Part shown: positions 61,629-64,000 of the stretch, in pieces
Layout: each line of letters starts with the position of its first letter
Numbering within the stretch: position 1 is the first letter of the stretch
Source of the DNA: Schizochytrium sp. TIO01
Lineage: Eukaryota > Protista > Bigyra: Labyrinthulomycetes
DNA: 64,000 bases
Direction of reading: 5' to 3'
Assembly: GCA_004764695.1 (NCBI GenBank)
Contig: SMSO01000035.1
Location: forward strand, 930,001-994,000
The notes under the pieces: generated by a model
Database searches by the model: none
The model's input: the letters and a program-made list of their open reading frames with translations, nothing else
Told to the model about the DNA's origin: nothing
Position numbers and translations under genes: made by a program

Positions 61629-64000
61629 GGTCGAATGCTTCAGTTGAAACTGGAGTTTGGAGTGTAAGTAAGAGTTGAAGTTTAAGGGTTCGACGTAAGA
61701 TTGAAGGCTGAGCTGGAGATAAGCTTGAAGTTTTATTATTGAAGTTTCGATGTCGAACTTTTACAGTTGAAGTGAAATGGCTTGCGACGAAGACTCAGAG
61801 CCATCGATCCTTGACATGTGCTGACGAGATGAGTCGTAGGCACGTATTGATCTCACGGTTAGTTTTTCGCAGGATTAAAGAATGATGCAATCACGTCAAT
61901 GGGACAGCACGAGGCATGGATGGAGGAGTACGCCGCTCACGGCCTCCGACTCTCGGAGCTTCATTGCCAAAGCCGGCCGTTACATTTGGAGTTTAGGAAA
62001 ACGGGAGTCAATTGCAAGACTCGCTGGTTCTCTCCAGGTCTGCATCACGACCATCGGCAGCGGGGCGAGGCCAAGATCCCTTCCCAGCTTGCTCGCTGGT
62101 CAGTCATCATGCAAGTCTGGCCGGTGGTTTCCTTCGTCACAGTAGTGCAATTCTCGCAATGCGATTCTCGCAGTTCCCCGTTCGCATTTCGCAGCTTGTC
62201 ATCTCGCGAGGCTCAATGCGGATAGCTTCACAAGATTGGCTGGCGCGTCCCATCGATTGGGCCAGCTGTCAGTTCAACGCAGCGCAGTGCAATTTGAACG
62301 GCGTGGGTTGGAAAGCCTTGCGACAGATCGTAGCCCAGGTCGATCCACGTTTTCAGCAATTTGACATCGATGCAATGCATCCCAATGCACATACAACCAA
62401 CCCTATTGCTGTGCGGTTCTGGTGTCGCGCGGAAGACCTTGATGGACTCCATCCTCCCTCCCGAATGCAGGGGGCGCTGTCTTCGCGACGTTTACGAATT
62501 CTCGCAAACGTGATGATTGCATTTCTCCAGAGCTAGGCTACCGCTGTCTGTGTTTTTCTGGATACGCCTGAGGCTCCGAGCCGATGCCTCGCTCCTTTAA
62601 GCCTGGCGGCCCGCGAGTGGGAGCGAATCTATGCACGGGCAGGCCCTCCTCGATCAGCTTCACGAGGAGCCGCCTGGTACGCGCGGATCATTTGCGCTGC
62701 GCAGCGGAGATGGACTGCTTCAGTTTCTCAAGTTCGAAGGAACCATCATCACGATGGTAAGTTTGAATTCCCTTGTCCAAGCAATGAAAAGAAGGAAAGA
62801 AAGAAAAGGAAAATCAGGAAGAACTGGCGAGCGCTTTCTTATTTAAAAAGTTTTTGAACAAAAAATCAAAATCGCGCCTACTTCTTCTGCAAATAAATAT
62901 AACAGTTGGCAATAATGAGGCTCTTTCGCAGGGACTTAAGTAGAAGCAGGCGTAAAAGGCGGAGGTCGAGCGAGCGTCACGCTGGGGACGTTGATACGCG
63001 GGTTGCTCAGCCCGAGCACAAAAACACGTATAGAATAAAACCTCAAGGCTCCTCGTTTTATGAAACAAAGTACCCACCCACTTTGTACTTTCAAGCGACT
63101 TAATTATTCCCATAATTTTATTTATTTCTTTATTTATTTATTAAAATCCGCTTAATTAAAAAGCAAAGTAAAAAACAAAAAACAAGTCGAACAGTAGACG
63201 GTGTTGTGCAAGACGAACAGACAGACGCACAGACGCGCCTTTTCCAGTGGGCCAAAAACAAAAGAGAACTTAAAACCTGAAAGCAGCTAAGATAGAAGCC
63301 GTCACTGCGTCTGTCAGTCAGGCAGTCACTTCGCTTACTTGATGGCTTTCAGGACCCACAGTCGCTTCCCACAGGGAGCGGCGCCTCGTTTGTGGGACTG
63401 AGCTCACAAGCGTCGACCTTGGATCCATTGTAGCTACAGAGAGGCCAAAGCATGCGTGGAGCTCTCTTTGGGCGGTCGATGCTTATCGAGTCCTGCGCGA
63501 AGCCGCTCTCAGGTTCCTTCGCCTCCCTCCCAGAGCTTGGGCCGCTGCGCAGCTCCTTCTTGGCCTTTAAAACGATGATCTCCAACAGCGAAATAAAACA
63601 ACTTGCTTGGCTTGTCTCCAAGTCTCAGGCCGCCTCATTCACGGCCTTGAAAGCCTGCCTCCCTTCGGCGCTGCCCCGCCTTGGGCGTGTGCATGATGAG
63701 GGTGCCGCTGTAAGCGAGGTGAGTTCGATCTTCGCTGCTCTGGTTCAAGTCAAGTTACTTTCGTCGACTTCGCAAGCAACAGCAGCGTCGCTTGCTCTGC
63801 GAATGAACGGCGACCAAAGCCGCAGCTATGGCATGATTATGATCGTCGTCGTCAGTAGCAATAATATCTATAGTAGTCGCGGTACTCTATTTCTCGAATC
63901 TCGCTTGGCGCTCGGTGAGAAAGAAACCCGTCTGCTCTGGCGCAATCATCATCTGTGAGCGAGACAGACGTCACCGCCCGCTCTGGAGGCGCGAGGTACT

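Noticed and set aside
61370-61678. ORF with poly-(EV), and the poly-Met ORF at 59871-60161
   Set aside because: Translations of the (AGTTGA)n and (CAT)n microsatellites.

Overview
Eukaryotic, intron-poor, microsatellite-rich genomic DNA. The gene content and style suggest a protist, most likely a thraustochytrid/labyrinthulomycete stramenopile (inferred, not proven). About 17 protein-coding genes are supported. In order: a membrane-anchored JmjC oxygenase; a DD3-3-family membrane protein with a C-terminal SH3 domain, interrupted by a frame disruption near 3840; a carotenoid oxygenase (RPE65 family); a stand-alone IucA/IucC NRPS-independent siderophore (NIS) synthetase; a divergent 14-3-3; a MORN-repeat protein; flotillin; a GIGYF-like GYF protein; a CC2D1/Lgd-like DM14+C2 protein; a LIN54/tesmin CXC protein; a GPR180/TMEM145-like protein; a TTLL tubulin glutamylase; NAC-alpha; an RPEL-repeat protein; a cytochrome b5-acyl-CoA dehydrogenase fusion; a coiled-coil hypothetical protein; and a histidine phosphatase. 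No rRNA, tRNA, CRISPR array or recognisable intact transposon was found. The most notable items are the bacterial-type siderophore synthetase in a protist, the DD3-3 frame disruption sitting on an in-frame G_GGA_AAA slippery heptamer, a ten-copy CHR (TTTGAA) array upstream of the LIN54-like gene, a 14-3-3 with a ~110-aa Asn/Ala insert, and a recurring intergenic TAGGTAC motif. All family assignments come from motif recognition by eye; no searches were run.
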